This document shows, piece after piece, positions 23,301 through 37,000 of a DNA stretch of 64,000 nt (the first letter of the stretch is position 1; each line of letters begins with the position of its first letter). The notes beneath the pieces were generated by a model. It worked only from the letters and a program-made list of their open reading frames with translations. It did no database searches and was not told where the DNA came from. The DNA lies in the NCBI GenBank assembly GCA_964016885.1, contig OZ024743.1:218736001-218800000 (forward strand), read 5' to 3'. The DNA comes from Eledone cirrhosa. Taxonomy: Eukaryota. The translations under genes and the position numbers were made by a program.

Positions 23301-25000
23301 AGGTGAGGTGTGTGTGAAAGTAAGGTGAGGTGTGTGTGAAAGTGAGGTGAGGTGTGTGTGAAAGTGAGGTGAGGTGTGTGTGAAAGTGAGGTGAGGTGTG
23401 TGTGAAAGTTAGGTGAGGTGTGTGTTAAAGTGAGGTGAGGTGTGTGTGAGAGTAAGGTAAGGTGTGTGTGTAAGAGAGGTAAGGTGTGTGTGAAAGTGGG
23501 GTGAGGTTGGTGTGAAAGAGAGGTGAGGTGTGTGTGAAAGTGAGGTGAGGTGTGTGTGAAAATGATGTGGGGTGTGTGTGAAAGTGTGGTAAGGTGTGTG
23601 TGAAAGTGAGGTGAGGTGTGTGTGAAAGTAAGATCAGGCGTGAGTGAAACAGAGGTCAGGTGTGTGTGAAAGAGAGGTCAGGTGTGTGTGAATGTGAGGT
23701 AAGGTGTGTGTGAAAGAGAGGTGAGGTGTGTGTGAAAGTGAGGTAAGGTGTGTGTGAAAGTGAGGTGAGGTGTGTGTGAAAGTGAGGTGAGGTGTGTGTG
23801 AAAGTGAGGAAAGGTGTGTCTGAGAGTGAGGTGAGGTGAGGTGTGTGTGAAAGTGAGGTAAGGTGTGTGTGAAAGTGAGGTGAGGTGTGTGTGGAAGTGA
23901 GGTGAGGTGTGTGTGTAAGAGAGGTGAGGCGTGTGTGAAAGTGAGGTAAGGTGTGTATGAAAGAGAGGTGAGGTGCGTGAAAGTGAGGTGAGGTGTGAAA
24001 GTGAGGTGAGGTGTGAGGGTGAGGTAAGGTGTGTGTGAAAGTGAGGTAATGTGTGTGTGAAAGTGAGGTGAGGTGCGTGTGAAAATGATGTGAGGTATGT
24101 GTGAAAGTGTGGTAAGGTGTGTGTGAAAGTGAGGTGAGGTGTGTGTGAAAGTGAGGTGAGGTGTGTGTGTGAAAGAGAGGTCAGGTGTGTGTGAAAGAGA
24201 GGTCAGGTGTGTGTGAAAGAGAGGTGATGTTTGGGTGAAAGTGAGGAGAGGTGTGTGTGAAAGTGTGGTGAGGTGTGTGCGAAAGTGAGGTGAGGTGTGT
24301 GTGAAAGACAGGTCAGGTGTGTGTGAAACAGAGGTAAGGTGTGTGTGAAAGTGAGGTAAGGTGTGTGTCAAAGTGAGGTAAGGTGTGTGTGAAAGTGAGG
24401 TGAGGTGTGTGTGAAAGTGAGGTAAGGTGTGTGTGAGAGTGAGGTGAGGTATGTGTGAGAGTGAGGTGAGGTGTGTCTGAAAGTGATGTAAGGTGTGTGT
24501 GAAAGTGAGGTGAGGTGTGTGTGGAAGTGAGGTGAGGTGTGTGTGAAAGTGAGGTAAGGTGTGTGTAAAAGTGAGGAAAGGTGTGTGTGAAAGTGAGCAA
24601 AAATGTGTGTGAAATTGAGGTGAGGCGTGTGTGAAAGTGAGGTAAGGTGTGTGTGAAAGTGAGGTAAGGTGTGTGTGAAAGTGAGGTGAAATGTGTGTAA
24701 AAGTGAGGTGAGGTGTGTGTGAAAGTGAGGTAGGTGTGAGTGAAAGAGAGGTGAGGTGTGTGTGAAAGACAGGTCAGGTGTGTGTGAAACAGAGGTAAGG
24801 TGTGTGTGAAAGTGAGGTAAGGTGTGTGTCAAAGTGAGGTGAGGTGTGTGTGAAAGTGAGGTGAGGTATGTGTGAGAGTGAGGTGAGGTGTGTCTGAAAG
24901 TGATGTAAGATGTGTGTGAAAGAGAGGTAAGGTGTGTGTGAAAGTAAGGTGAGTTGTGTGTGAAAGTGAGGTGAGGTGTGTGTGAAAGTGAGGTGAGGTG
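17400..25000 (+). repeat. ~3.8-kb tandem duplication (~17.4-21.24 kb and ~21.24-25.0 kb)
   Basis: Identical ORF-track entries occur at offsets 3834-3836 (17828/21662, 18723/22559, 18908/22744) and then 3748 (19886/23634, 20565/24313). Private markers are AAAGCTGTG at 19161/22997 and GAAAGTGTGGTGAGG at ~20511/24259. Confidence 0.9.
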
Positions 25001-28000
25001 TGTGTGAAAGTGAGGTAAGGTGTGTGTGAGAGTGAGGTGAGGTATGTGTGAGAGTGAGGTGAGGTGTGTGTGAAAGTGATGTAAGGTGTGTGTGAAAGTG
25101 AGGGGAGGTGTGTGTGAAAGTGAGGTAAGGTGTGTGTAAAAGTGAGGAAAGGTGTGTGTGAAAGTGAGCAAAGGTGTGTGTGAAATTGAGGTGAGGCGTG
25201 TGTGAAAGTGAGGTAAGGTGGGTGTGAAAGTGAGGTAAGGTGTGTGTGAAAGTGAGGTGAAATGTGTGTAAAAGTGAGGTGAGGTGTGTGTGAAAGTGAG
25301 GTAGGTGTGAGTGAAAGAGAGGTGAGGTGTGTGTGAAAGAGAGGTGAGGTGTGTGTGAAAGTAAGGTAAGGTGTGGGTGAAAGTGAGGTGAGGTGTGTGT
25401 AAAAGTGAGGTAAGGTGTGTGTGAAAGTGAGGTGAGGTGTGTGTGTAAGTGAGGAGAGGTGTGTGTGAAACAGAGGTGAGGTGTGTGTGAAAGTAAGGTG
25501 AGGTGTGTGTGAAAGTGAGGTGAGGTGTGTGTGAAAGTGAGGTGAGGTGTGTGTGAAAGTGAGGTGAGGTGTGTGTGAAAGTTAGGTGAGGTGTGTGTTA
25601 AAGTGAGGTGAGGTGTGTGTGAAAATGATGTGGGGTGTGTGTGAAAGTGTGGTAAGGTGTGTGTGAAAGTGAGGTGAGGTGTGTGTGAAAGTGGGGTGAG
25701 GTTGGTGTGAAAGAGAGGTGAGGTGTGTGTGAAAGTGAGGTGAGGTGTGTGTGAAAATGATGTGGGGTGTGTGTGAAAGTGTGGTAAGGTGTGTGTGAAA
25801 GTAAGATCAGGCGTGAGTGAAACAGAGGTCAGGTGTGTGTGAAAGAGAGGTCAGGTGTGTGTGAATGTGAGGTAAGGTGTGTGTGAAAGAGAGGTGAGGT
25901 GTGTGTGAAAGAGAGGTCAGGTTTGTGTGAAAGAGAGGTCAGGTGCGTGTGAAAGAGAGGTGATGTTTGGGTGAAAGTGAGGTAAGGTGTGTGTGTAAGA
26001 GAGGTGAGGTGTGTGTGAAAGAGAGGTGAGGTGTGTGTGAAAGTGAGGTGAGGTGTGTGTGAAAGTGAGGGGAGGTGTGTGTGAAAGTGAGGTGAGGTGT
26101 GTGTGAAAGTGAGGTAAGGTGTGTGAAAGTGAGGTGAGGTGTGTGTGAAAGTGAGGTAAGGTGTGTGTGTAAGAGAGGTGAGGTGTGTGTGAAAGTTAGG
26201 TAAAGTCTGTGTGAAAGTGAGGTGAGGTGTGTGTGAAAGTGAGGTAAGGTGTGTGTGAAAGTGAGGTGAGGTGTGTGTGAGAGTGAGGAAAGGTGTGTGT
26301 GAAAGTGAGGTGAGGTGTGTGTGAAAGAGAGGTAAGGTGTGTGTGAAAGTGAGGTGAGGTGTGTGTGAAAGTGAGGCAAGGTGTGTCTGAGAGTGAGGTG
26401 AGGTGTGTGTGAAAGTGAGGTAAGGTGTGTGTGAAAGTGAGGTGAGGTGTGTGTGAAAGTGAGGTGAGGTGTGTGTGAAAGTGAGGAAAGGTGTGTCTGA
26501 GAGTGAGGTGAGGTGAGGTGTGTGTGAAAGTGAGGTAAGGTGTGTGTGAAAGTGAGGTGAGGTGTGTGTGGAAGTGAGGTGAGGTGTGTGTGTAAGAGAG
26601 GTGAGGCGTGTGTGAAAGTGAGGTAAGGTGTGTATGAAAGAGAGGTGAGGTGCGTGAAAGTGAGGTGAGGTGTGAAAGTGAGGTGAGGTGTGAGGGTGAG
26701 GTAAGGTGTGTGTGAAAGTGAGGTAATGTGTGTGTGAAAGTGAGGTGAGGTGCGTGTGAAAATGATGTGAGGTATGTGTGAAAGTGTGGTAAGGTGTGTG
26801 TGAAAGTGAGGTGAGGTGTGTGTGAAAGTGAGGTGAGGTGTGTGTGTGAAAGAGAGGTCAGGTGTGTGTGAAAGAGAGGTCAGGTGTGTGTGAAAGAGAG
26901 GTGATGTTTGGGTGAAAGTGAGGAGAGGTGTGTGTGAAAGTGAGGTGAGGTGTGTGCGAAAGTGAGGTGAGGTGTGTGTCAAAGACAGGTCAGGTGTGTG
27001 TGAAACAGAGGTAAGGTGTGTGTGAAAGTGAGGTAAGGTGTGTGTCAAAGTGAGGTGAGGTGTGTGTGAAAGTGAGGTGAGGTGTGTGTGAAAGTGAGGT
27101 AAGGTGTGTGTGAGAGTCAGGTGAGGTATGTGTGAGAGTGAGGTGAGGTGTGTCTGAAAGTGATGTAAGGTGTGTGTGAAAGTGAGGGGAGGTGTGTGTG
27201 GAAGTGAGGTGAGGTGTGTGTGAAAGTGAGGTAAGGTGTGTGTAAAAGTGAGGAAAGGTGTGTGTGAAAGTGAGCAAAGGTGTGTGTGAAATTGAGGTGA
27301 GGCGTGTGTGAAAGTGAGGTAAGGTGTGTGTGAAAGTGAGGTAAGGTGTGTGTGAAAGTGAGGTGAAATGTGTGTAAAAGTGAGGTGAGGTGTGTGTGAA
27401 AGTGAGGTAGGTGTGAGTGAAAGAGAGGTGAGGTGTGTGTGAAAGAGAGGTGAGGTGTGTGTGAAAGTAAGGTAAGGTGTGGGTGAAAGTGAGGTGAGGT
27501 GTGTGTAAAAGTAAGGTGAGGTGTGTGTGAAACAGAGGTGAGGTGTGTGTGAAAGTAAGGTGAGGTGTGTGTGAAAGTGAGGTGAGGTGTGTGTGAAAGT
27601 GAGGTGAGGTGTGTGTGAAAGTGAGGTGAGGTGTGTGTGAAAGTTAGGTGAGGTGTGTGTTAAAGTGAGGTGAGGTGTGTGTGAAAGTAAGGTAAGGTGT
27701 GTGTGTAAGAGAGGTAAGGTGTGTGTGAAAGTGGGGTGAGGTTGGTGTGAAAGAGAGGTGAGGTGTGTGTGAAAGTGAGGTGAGGTGTGTGTGAAAATGA
27801 TGTGGGGTGTGTGTGAAAGTGTGGTAAGGTGTGTGTGAAAGTGAGGTGAGGTGTGTGTGAAAGTAAGATCAGGCGTGAGTGAAACAGAGGTCAGGTGTGT
27901 GTGAAAGAGAGGTCAGGTGTGTGTGAATGTGAGGTAAGGTGTGTGTGAAAGAGAGGTAAGGTGTGTGTGAAAGAGAGGTCAGGTTTGTGTGAAAGAGAGG

Positions 28001-31000
28001 TCAGGTGCGTGTGAAAGAGAGGTGATGTTTGGGTGAAAGTGAGGTAAGGTGTGTGTGTAAGAGAGGTGAGGTGTGTGTGAAAGAGAGGTGAGGTGTGTGT
28101 GAAAGTGAGGTGAGTTGTGTGTGAAAGTGAGGGGAGGTGTGTGTGAAAGTGAGGGGAGGTGTGTGTGAAAGTGAGGTGAGGTGTGTGTGAAAGTGAGGTA
28201 AGGTGTGTGAAAGTGAGGTGAGGTGTGTGTGAAAGTGAGGTAAGGTGTGTGTGTAAGAGAGGTGAGGTGTGTGTGAAAGTTAGGTAAGGTCTGTGTGAAA
28301 GTGAGGTGAGGTGTGTGTGAAAGTGAGGTAAGGTGTGTGTGAAAGTGAGGTGAGTTGTGTGTGAGAGTGAGGAAAGGTGTGTGTGAAAGTGAGGTGAGGT
28401 GTGTGTGAAAGAGAGGTAAGGTGTGTGTGAAAGTGAGGTGAGGTGTGTGTGAAAGTGAGGCAAGGTGTGTCTGAGAGTGAGGTGAGGTGTGTGTGAAAGT
28501 GAGGAAAGGTGTGTGTGAAAGTGAGGTGAGGTGTGTGTGAAAGTGAGGTGAGGTGTGTGTGAAAGTGAGGAAAGGTGTGTCTGAGAGTGAGGTGAGGTGA
28601 GGTGCGTGTGAAAGTGAGGTAAGGTGTGTGTGAAAGTGAGGTGAGGTGTGTGTGGAAGTGAGGTGAGGTGTGTGTGTAAGAGAGGTGAGGTGTGTGTGAA
28701 AGTGAGGTGAGGTGTGTGTGAAAGTGAGGAAAGGTGTGTCTGAGAGTGAGGTGAGGTGAGGTGCGTGTGAAAGTGAGGTAAGGTGTGTGTGAAAGTGAGG
28801 TGAGGTGTGTGTGGAAGTGAGGTGAGGTGTGTGTGTAAGAGAGGTGAGGCGTGTGTGAAAGTGAGGTAAGGTGTGTATGAAAGAGAGGTGAGGTGCGTGA
28901 AAGTGAGGTGAGGTGTGAAAGTGAGGTGAGGTGTGAGGGTGAGGTAAGGTGTGTGTGAAAGTGAGGTAATGTGTGTGTGAAAGTGAGGTGAGGTGCGTGT
29001 GAAAATGATGTGAGGTATGTGTGAAAGTGTGGTAAGGTGTGTGTGAAAGTGAGGTGAGGTGTGTGTGAAAGTGAGGTGAGGTGTGTGTGTGAAAGAGAGG
29101 TCAGGTGTGTGTGAAAGAGAGGTCAGGTGTGTGTGAAAGAGAGGTGATGTTTGGGTGAAAGTGAGGAGAGGTGTGTGTGAAAGTGAGGTGAGGTGTGTGC
29201 GAAAGTGAGGTGAGGTGTGTGTGAAAGACAGGGCAGGTGTGTGTGAAACAGAGGTAAGGTGTGTGTGAAAGTGAGGTAAGGTGTGTGTCAAAGTGAGGTG
29301 AGGTGTGTGTGAAAGTGAGGTGAGGTGTGTGTGAAAGTGAGGTAAGGTGTGTGTGAGAGTGAGGTGAGGTATGTGTGAGAGTGAGGTGAGGTGTGTGTGA
29401 AAGTGATGTAAGGTGTGTGTGAAAGTGAGGGGAGGTGTGTGTGAAAGTGAGGTGAGGTGTGTGTGGAAGTGAGGTGAGGTGTGTGTGAAAGTGAGGTAAG
29501 GTGTGTGTAAAAGTGAGGAAAGGTGTGTGTGAAAGTGAGCAAAGGTGTGTGTGAAATTGAGGTGAGGCGTGTGTGAAAGTGAGGTAAGGTGTGTGTGAAA
29601 GTGAGGTAAGGTGTGTGTGAAAGTGAGGTGAAATGTGTGTAAAAGTGAGGTGAGGTGTGTGTGAAAGTGAGGTAGGTGTGAGTGAAAGAGAGGTGAGGTG
29701 TGTGTGAAAGAGAGGTGAGGTGTGTGTGAAAGTAAGATCAGGCGTGAGTGAAACAGAGGTCAGGTGTGTGTGAAAGAGAGGTCAGGTGTGTGTGAATGTG
29801 AGGTAAGGTGTGTGTGAAAGAGAGGTGAGGTGTGTGTGAAAGAGAGGTCAGGTTTGTGTGAAAGAGAGGTCAGGTGTGTGTGAAACAGAGGTAAGGTGTG
29901 TGTGAAAGTGAGGTAAGGTGTGTGTCAAAGTGAGGTGAGGTGTGTGTGAAATTGAGGTGAGGTGTGTGTGAAAGTGAGGTGAGGTGTGTGTGTAAGTGAG
30001 GTGAAGTGTGTGTGAAACAGAGGTGAGGTGTGTGTGAAAGTGAGGTGAGGTGTATGTGAAAGAGAGGTAAGGTGTGTGTGAAAGTAAGTTGAGTTGTGTG
30101 TGAAAGTGAGGTGAGGTGTTTGTGAAAGTGAGGTGAGGTGTGTGTGAAAGTGAGGTAAGGTGTGTGTGAGAGTGAGGTGAGGTATGTGTGAGAGTGAGGT
30201 GAGGTGTGTGTGAAAGTGATGTAAGGTGTGTGTGAAAGTGAGGGGAGGTGTGTGTGAAAGTGAGGTAGGTGTGAGTGAAAGAGAGGTGAGGTGTGTGTGA
30301 AAGAGAGGTGAGGTGTGTGTGAAAGTAAGATCAGGCGTGAGTGAAACAGAGGTCAGGTGTGTGTGAAAGAGAGGTCAGGTGTGTGTGAATGTGAGGTAAG
30401 GTGTGTGTGAAAGAGAGGTGAGGTGTGTGTGAAAGAGAGGTCAGGTTTGTGTGAAAGAGAGGTCAGGTGCGTGTGAAAGAGAGGTGATGTTTGGGTGAAA
30501 GTGAGGTAAGGTGTGTGTGTAAGAGAGGTGAGGTGTGTGTGAAAGAGAGGTGAGGTGTGTGTGAAAGACAGGTCAGGTGTGTGTGAAAGTGAGGTAAGGT
30601 GTGTGTGAGAGTGAGGTGAGGTATGTGTGAGAGTGAGGTGAGGTGTGTGTGAAAGTGATGTAAGGTGTGTGTGAAAGTGAGGGGAGGTGTGTGTGAAAGT
30701 GAGGTAAGGTGTGTGTAAAAGTGAGGAAAGGTGTGTGTGAAAGTGAGCAAAGGTGTGTGTGAAATTGAGGTGAGGCGTGTGTGAAAGTGAGGTAAGGTGG
30801 GTGTGAAAGTGAGGTAAGGTGTGTGTGAAAGTGAGGTGAAATGTGTGTAAAAGTGAGGTGAGGTGTGTGTGAAAGTGAGGTAGGTGTGAGTGAAAGAGAG
30901 GTGAGGTGTGTGTGAAAGAGAGGTGAGGTGTGTGTGAAAGTAAGGTAAGGTGTGGGTGAAAGTGAGGTGAGGTGTGTGTGTGTAAGAGAGGTGAGGTGTG

Positions 31001-34000
31001 TGTGAAAGTGAGGTGAGGTGTGTGTGAAAGTGAGGTAAGGTCTGTGTGAAAGTGAGGTGAGGTGTGTGTGAAAGTGAGGTGAGGTGTGTGTGAAAGTGAG
31101 GTAAGGTGTGTGAGAAAGTCAGGTGAGGTGTGTGTGAGAGTGAGGAAAGGTGTGTGTGAAAGTGAGGTGAGGTGTGTGTGAAAAAGAGGTAAGGTGTGTG
31201 TGAAAGTAAGGTGAGTTGTGTGTGAAAGTGAGGTGAGGTGTGTGTGAAAGTGAGGTGAGGTGTGTGTGAAAGTGAGGTAAGGTGTGTGTGAGAGTGAGGT
31301 GAGGTATGTGTGAGAGTGAGGTGAGGTGTGTGTGAAAGTGATGTAAGGTGTGTGTGAAAGTGAGGGGAGGTGTGTGTGAAAGTGAGGTAAGGTGTGTGTA
31401 AAAGTGAGGAAAGGTGTGTGTGAAAGTGAGCAAAGGTGTGTGTGAAATTGAGGTGAGGCATGTGTGAAAGTGAGGTAAGGTGGCTGTGAAAGTGAGGTAA
31501 GGTGTGTGTGAAAGTGAGGTGAAATGTGTGTAAAAGTGAGGTGAGGTGTGTGTGAAAGTGAGGTAGGTGTGAGTGAAAGAGAGGTGAGGTGTGTGTGAAA
31601 GAGAGGTGAGGTGTGTGTGAAAGTAAGGTAAGGTGTGGGTGAAAGTGAGGTGAGGTGTGTGTAAAAGTGAGGTAAGGTGTGTGTGAAAGTGAGGTGAGGT
31701 GTGTGTGTAAGTGAGGTGAGGTGTGTGTGAAACAGAGGTGAGGTGTGTGTGAAAGTAAGGTGAGGTGTGTGTGAAAGTGAGGTGAGGTGTGTGTGAAAGT
31801 GAGGTGAGGTGTGTGTGAAAGTGAGGTGAGGTGTGTGTGAAAGTGAGGTGAGGTGTGTGTTAAAGTGAGGTGAGGTGTGTGTGAAAGTAAGATAAGGTGT
31901 GTGTGTAAGAGAGGTAAGGTGTGTGTGAAAGTGGGGTGAGGTGTGTGTGAAAGAGAGGTGATGTGTGTGTGTAAGTGAGGTGAGGTGTGTGTGAAAATGA
32001 TGTGGGGTGTGTGTGAAAGTGTGGTAACATGTGTGTGAAAGTGAGGTGAGGTGTGTGTGAAAGTAAGATCAGGCGTGAGTGAAACAGAGGTCAGGTGTGT
32101 GTGAAAGAGAGGTCAGGTGTGTGTGAATGTGAGGTAAGGTGTGTGTGAAAGAGAGGTGAGGTGTGTGTGAAAGAGAGGTCAGGTTTGTGTGAAAGAGAGG
32201 TCAGGTGCGTGTGAAAGAGAGGTGATGTTTGGGTGAAAGTGAGGTAAGGTGTGTGTGTAAGAGAGGTGAGGTGTGTGTGAAAGAGAGGTGAGGTGTGTGT
32301 GAAAGTGAGGTGAGGTGTGTGTGGAAGTGAGGGGAGGTGTGTGTGAAAGTGAGGTGAGGTGTGTGTGAAAGTGAGGTAAGGTGTGTGAAAGTGAGGTGAG
32401 GTGTGTGTGAAAGTGAGGTAAGGTGTGTGTGTAAGAGAGGTGAGGTGTGTGTGAAAGTTAGGTAAGGTCTGTGTGAAAGTGAGGTGAGGTGTGTGTGAAA
32501 GTGAGGTAAGGTGTGTGTGAAAATGAGGTGAGGTGTGTGTGAGAGTGAGGAAAGGTGTGTGTGAAAGTGAGGTGAGGTGTGTGTGAAAGAGAGGTAAGGT
32601 GTGTGTGAAAGTGAGGTGAGGTGTGTGTGAAAGTGAGGCAAGGTGTGTCTGAGAGTGAGGTGAGGTGTGTGTGAAAGTGAGGTAAGGTGTGTGTGAAAGT
32701 GAGGTGAGGTGTGTGTGAAAGTGAGGTGAGGTGTGTGTGAAAGTGAGGAAAGGTGTGTCTGAGAGTGAGGTGAGGTGTGTGTGAAAGTGAGGTAAGGTGT
32801 GTGTGAAAGTGAGGTGAGGTGTGTGTGGAAGTGAGGTGAGGTGTGTGTGTAAGAGAGGTGAGGCGTGTGTGAAAGTGAGGTAAGGTGTGTATGAAAGAGA
32901 GGTGAGGTGCGTGAAAGTGAGGTGAGGTGTGACAGTGAGGTGAGGTGTGAGGGTGAGGTAAGGTGTGTGTGAAAGTGAGGTAATGTGTGTGTGAAAGTGA
33001 GGTGAGGTGCGTGTGAAAATGATGTGAGGTATGTGTGAAAGTGTGGTAAGGTGTGTGTGAAAGTGAGGTGAGGTGTGTGTGAAAGTGAGGTGAGGTGTGT
33101 GTGTGAAAGAGAGGTCAGGTGTGTGTGAAAGAGAGGTCAGGTGTGTGTGAAAGAGAGGTGATGTTTGGGTGAAAGTGAGGAGAGGTGTGTGTGAAAGTGA
33201 GGTGAGGTGTGTGCGAAAGTGAGGTGAGGTGTGTGTGAAAGACAGGTCAGGTGTGTGTGAAACAGAGGTAAGGTGTGTGTGAAAGTGAGGTAAGGTGTGT
33301 GTCAAAGTGAGGTGAGGTGTGTGTGAAAGTGAGGTGAGGTGTGTGTGAAAGTGAGGTAAGGTGTGTGTGAGAGTGAGGTGAGGTATGTGTGAGAGTGAGG
33401 TGAGGTGTGTGTGAAAGTGATGTAAGGTGTGTGTGTAAGTGAGGTGAGGTATGTGTGAAAGTGAGGGGAGGTGTGTGTGAAAGTGAGGTGAGGTATGTGT
33501 GAAAGTGAGGGGAGGTGTGTGTGAAAGTGAGGTGAGGTGTGTGTGGAAGTGAGGTGAGGTGTGTGTTAAAGTGAGGTAAGGTGTGTGTAAAAGTGAGGAA
33601 AGGTGTGTGTGAAAGTGAGCAAAGGTGTGTGTGAAATTGAGGTGAGGCGTGTGTGAAAGTGAGGTAAGGTGTGTGTGAAAGTGAGGTAAGGTGTGTGTGA
33701 AAGTGAGGTGAAATGTGTGTAAAAGTGAGGTGAGGTGTGTGTGAAAGTGAGGTAGGTGTGAGTGAAAGAGAGGTGAGGTGTGTGTGAAAGAGAGGTGAGG
33801 TGTGTGTGAAAGTAAGGTAAGGTGTGGGTGAAAGTGAGGTGAGGTGTGTGTAAAAGTGAGGTAAGGTGTGTGTGAAAGTGAGGTGTGTGTGTAAGTGAGG
33901 TGAGGTGTGTGTGTAAGTGAGGTGAGGTGTGTGTGAAACAGAGGTGAGGTGTGTGTGAAAGTAAGGTCAGGTGTGTGTGAAAGTGAGGTGAGGTGTGTGT

Positions 34001-37000
34001 GTAAGTGAGGTGAGGTGTGTGTGAAACAGAGGTGAGGTGTGTGTGAAAGTAAGGTGAGGTGTGTGTGAAAGTGAGGTGAGGTGTGTGTGAAAGTGAGGTA
34101 AGGTGTGTGTGAGAGTGAGGTGAGGTATGTGTGAGAGTGAGGTGAGGTGTGTGTGAAAGTGATGTAAGGTGTGTGTGAAAGTGAGGGGAGGTGTGTGTGA
34201 AAGTGAGGTAAGGTGTGTGTAAAAGTGAGGAAAGGTGTGTGTGAAAGTGAGCAAAGGTGTGTGTGAAATTGAGGTGAGGCGTGTGTGAAAGTGAGGTAAG
34301 GTGGGTGTGAAAGTGAGGTAAGGTGTGTGTGAAAGTGAGGTGAAATGTGTGTAAAAGTGAGGTGAGGTGTGTGTGAAAGTGAGGTAGGTGTGAGTGAAAG
34401 AGAGGTGAGGTGTGTGTGAAAGAGAGGTGAGGTGTGTGTGAAAGTAAGGTAAGGTGTGGGTGAAAGTGAGGTGAGGTGTGTGTAAAAGTGAGGTAAGGTG
34501 TGTGTGAAAGTGAGGTGAGGTGTGTGTGTAAGTGAGGTGAGGTGTGTGTGAAACAGAGGTGAGGTGTGTGTGAAAGTAAGGTGAGGTGTGTGTGAAAGTG
34601 AGGTGAGGTGTGTGTGAAAGTGAGGTGAGGTGTGTGTGAAAGTGAGGTGAGGTGTGTGTGAAAGTGAGGTGAGGTGTGTGTTAAAGTGAGGTGAGGTGTG
34701 TGTGAAAGTAAGGTAAGGTGTGTGTGTAAGAGAGGTAAGGTGTGTGTGAAAGTGGGGTGAGGTGTGTGTGAAAGAGAGGTGAGGTGTGTGTGTAAGTGAG
34801 GTGAGGTGTGTGTGAAAATGATGTGGGGTGTGTGTGAAAGTGTGGTAACATGTGTGTGAAAGTGAGGTGAGGTGTGTGTGAAAGTAAGATCAGGCGTGAG
34901 TGAAACAGAGGTCAGGTGTGTGTGAAAGAGAGGTCAGGTGTGTGTGAATGTGAGGTAAGGTGTGTGTGAAAGAGAGGTGAGGTGTGTGTGAAAGAGAGGT
35001 CAGGTTTGTGTGAAAGAGAGGTCAGGTGCGTGTGAAAGAGAGGTGATGTTTGGGTGAAAGTGAGGTAAGGTGTGTGTGTAAGAGAGGTGAGGTGTGTGTG
35101 AAAGAGAGGTGAGGTGTGTGTGAAAGTGAGGTGAGGTGTGTGTGAAAGTGAGGGGAGGTGTGTGTGAAAGTGAGGTGAGGTGTGTGTGAAAGTGAGGTAA
35201 GGTGTGTGAAAGTGAGGTGAGGTGTGTGTGAAAGTGAGGTAAGGTGTGTGTGTAAGAGAGGTGAGGTGTGTGTGAAAGTTAGGTAAGGTCTGTGTGAAAG
35301 TGAGGTGAGGTGTGTGTGAAAGTGAGGTAAGGTGTGTGTGAAAATGAGGTGAGGTGTGTGTGAGAGTGAGGAAAGGTGTGTGTGAAAGTGAGGTGAGGTG
35401 TGTGTGAAAGAGAGGTAAGGTGTGTGTGAAAGTGAGGTGAGGTGTGTGTGAAAGTGAGGCAAGGTGTGTCTGAGAGTGAGGTGAGGTGTGTGTGAAAGTG
35501 AGGTAAGGTGTGTGTGAAAGTGAGGTGAGGTGTGTGTGGAAGTGAGGTGAGGTGTGTGTGTAAGAGAGGTGAGGCGTGTGTGAAAGTGAGGTAAGGTGTG
35601 TATGAAAGAGAGGTGAGGTGCGTGAAAGTGAGGTGAGGTGTGACAGTGAGGTGAGGTGTGAGGGTGAGGTAAGGTGTGTGTGAAAGTGAGGTAATGTGTG
35701 TGTGAAAGTGAGGTGAGGTGCGTGTGAAAATGATGTGAGGTATGTGTGAAAGTGTGGTAAGGTGTGTGTGAAAGTGAGGTGAGGTGTGTGTGAAAGTGAG
35801 GTGAGGTGTGTGTGTGAAAGAGAGGTCAGGTGTGTGTGAAAGAGAGGTCAGGTGTGTGTGAAAGAGAGGTGATGTTTGGGTGAAAGTGAGGAGAGGTGTG
35901 TGTGAAAGTGAGGTGAGGTGTGTGCGAAAGTGAGGTGAGGTGTGTGTGAAAGACAGGTCAGGTGTGTGTGAAACAGAGGTAAGGTGTGTGTGAAAGTGAG
36001 GTAAGGTGTGTGTCAAAGTGAGGTGAGGTGTGTGTGAAAGTGAGGTGAGGTGTGTGTGAAAGTGAGGTAAGGTGTGTGTGAGAGTGAGGTGAGGTATGTG
36101 TGAGAGTGAGGTGAGGTGTGTGTGAAAGTGATGTAAGGTGTGTGTGAAAGTGAGGGGAGGTGTGTGTGAAAGTGAGGTGAGGTGTGTGTGGAAGTGAGGT
36201 GAGGTGTGTGTGAAAGTGAGGTAAGGTGTGTGTAAAAGTGAGGAAAGGTGTGTGTGAAAGTGAGCAAAGGTGTGTGTGAAATTGAGGTGAGGCGTGTGTG
36301 AAAGTGAGGTAAGGTGTGTGTGAAAGTGAGGTAAGGTGTGTGTGAAAGTGAGGTGAGGTGCGTGAAAGTGAGGTGAGGTGTGAAAGTGAGGTGAGGTGTG
36401 AGGGTGAGGTAAGGTGTGTGTGAAAGTGAGGTAATGTGTGTGTGAAAGTGAGGTGAGGTGCGTGTGAAAATGATGTGAGGTATGTGTGAAAGTGTGGTAA
36501 GGTGTGTCTGAGAGTGAGGTGAGGTGTGTGTGAAAGTGAGGAAAGGTGTGTGTGAAAGTGAGGTGAGGTGTGTGTGAAAGTGAGGTAAGGTGTGTGAAAG
36601 TGAGGTGAGGTGTGTGTGAAAGTGAGGTAAGGTGTGTGTGTAAGAGAGGTGAGGTGTGTGTGAAAGTTAGGTAAAGTCTGTGTGAAAGTGAGGTGAGGTG
36701 TGTGTGAAAGTGAGGTAAGGTGTGTGTGAAAGTGAGGTGAGGTGTGTGTGAGAGTGAGGAAAGGTGTGTGTGAAAGTGAGGTGAGGTGTGTGTGAAAGAG
36801 AGGTAAGGTGTGTGTGAAAGTGAGGTGAGGTGTGTGTGAAAGTGAGGCAAGGTGTGTCTGAGAGTGAGGTGAGGTGTGTGTGAAAGTGAGGTAAGGTGTG
36901 TGTGAAAGTGAGGTGAGGTGTGTGTGAAAGTGAGGTGAGGTGTGTGTGAAAGTGAGGAAAGGTGTGTCTGAGAGTGAGGTGAGGTGAGGTGTGTGTGAAA

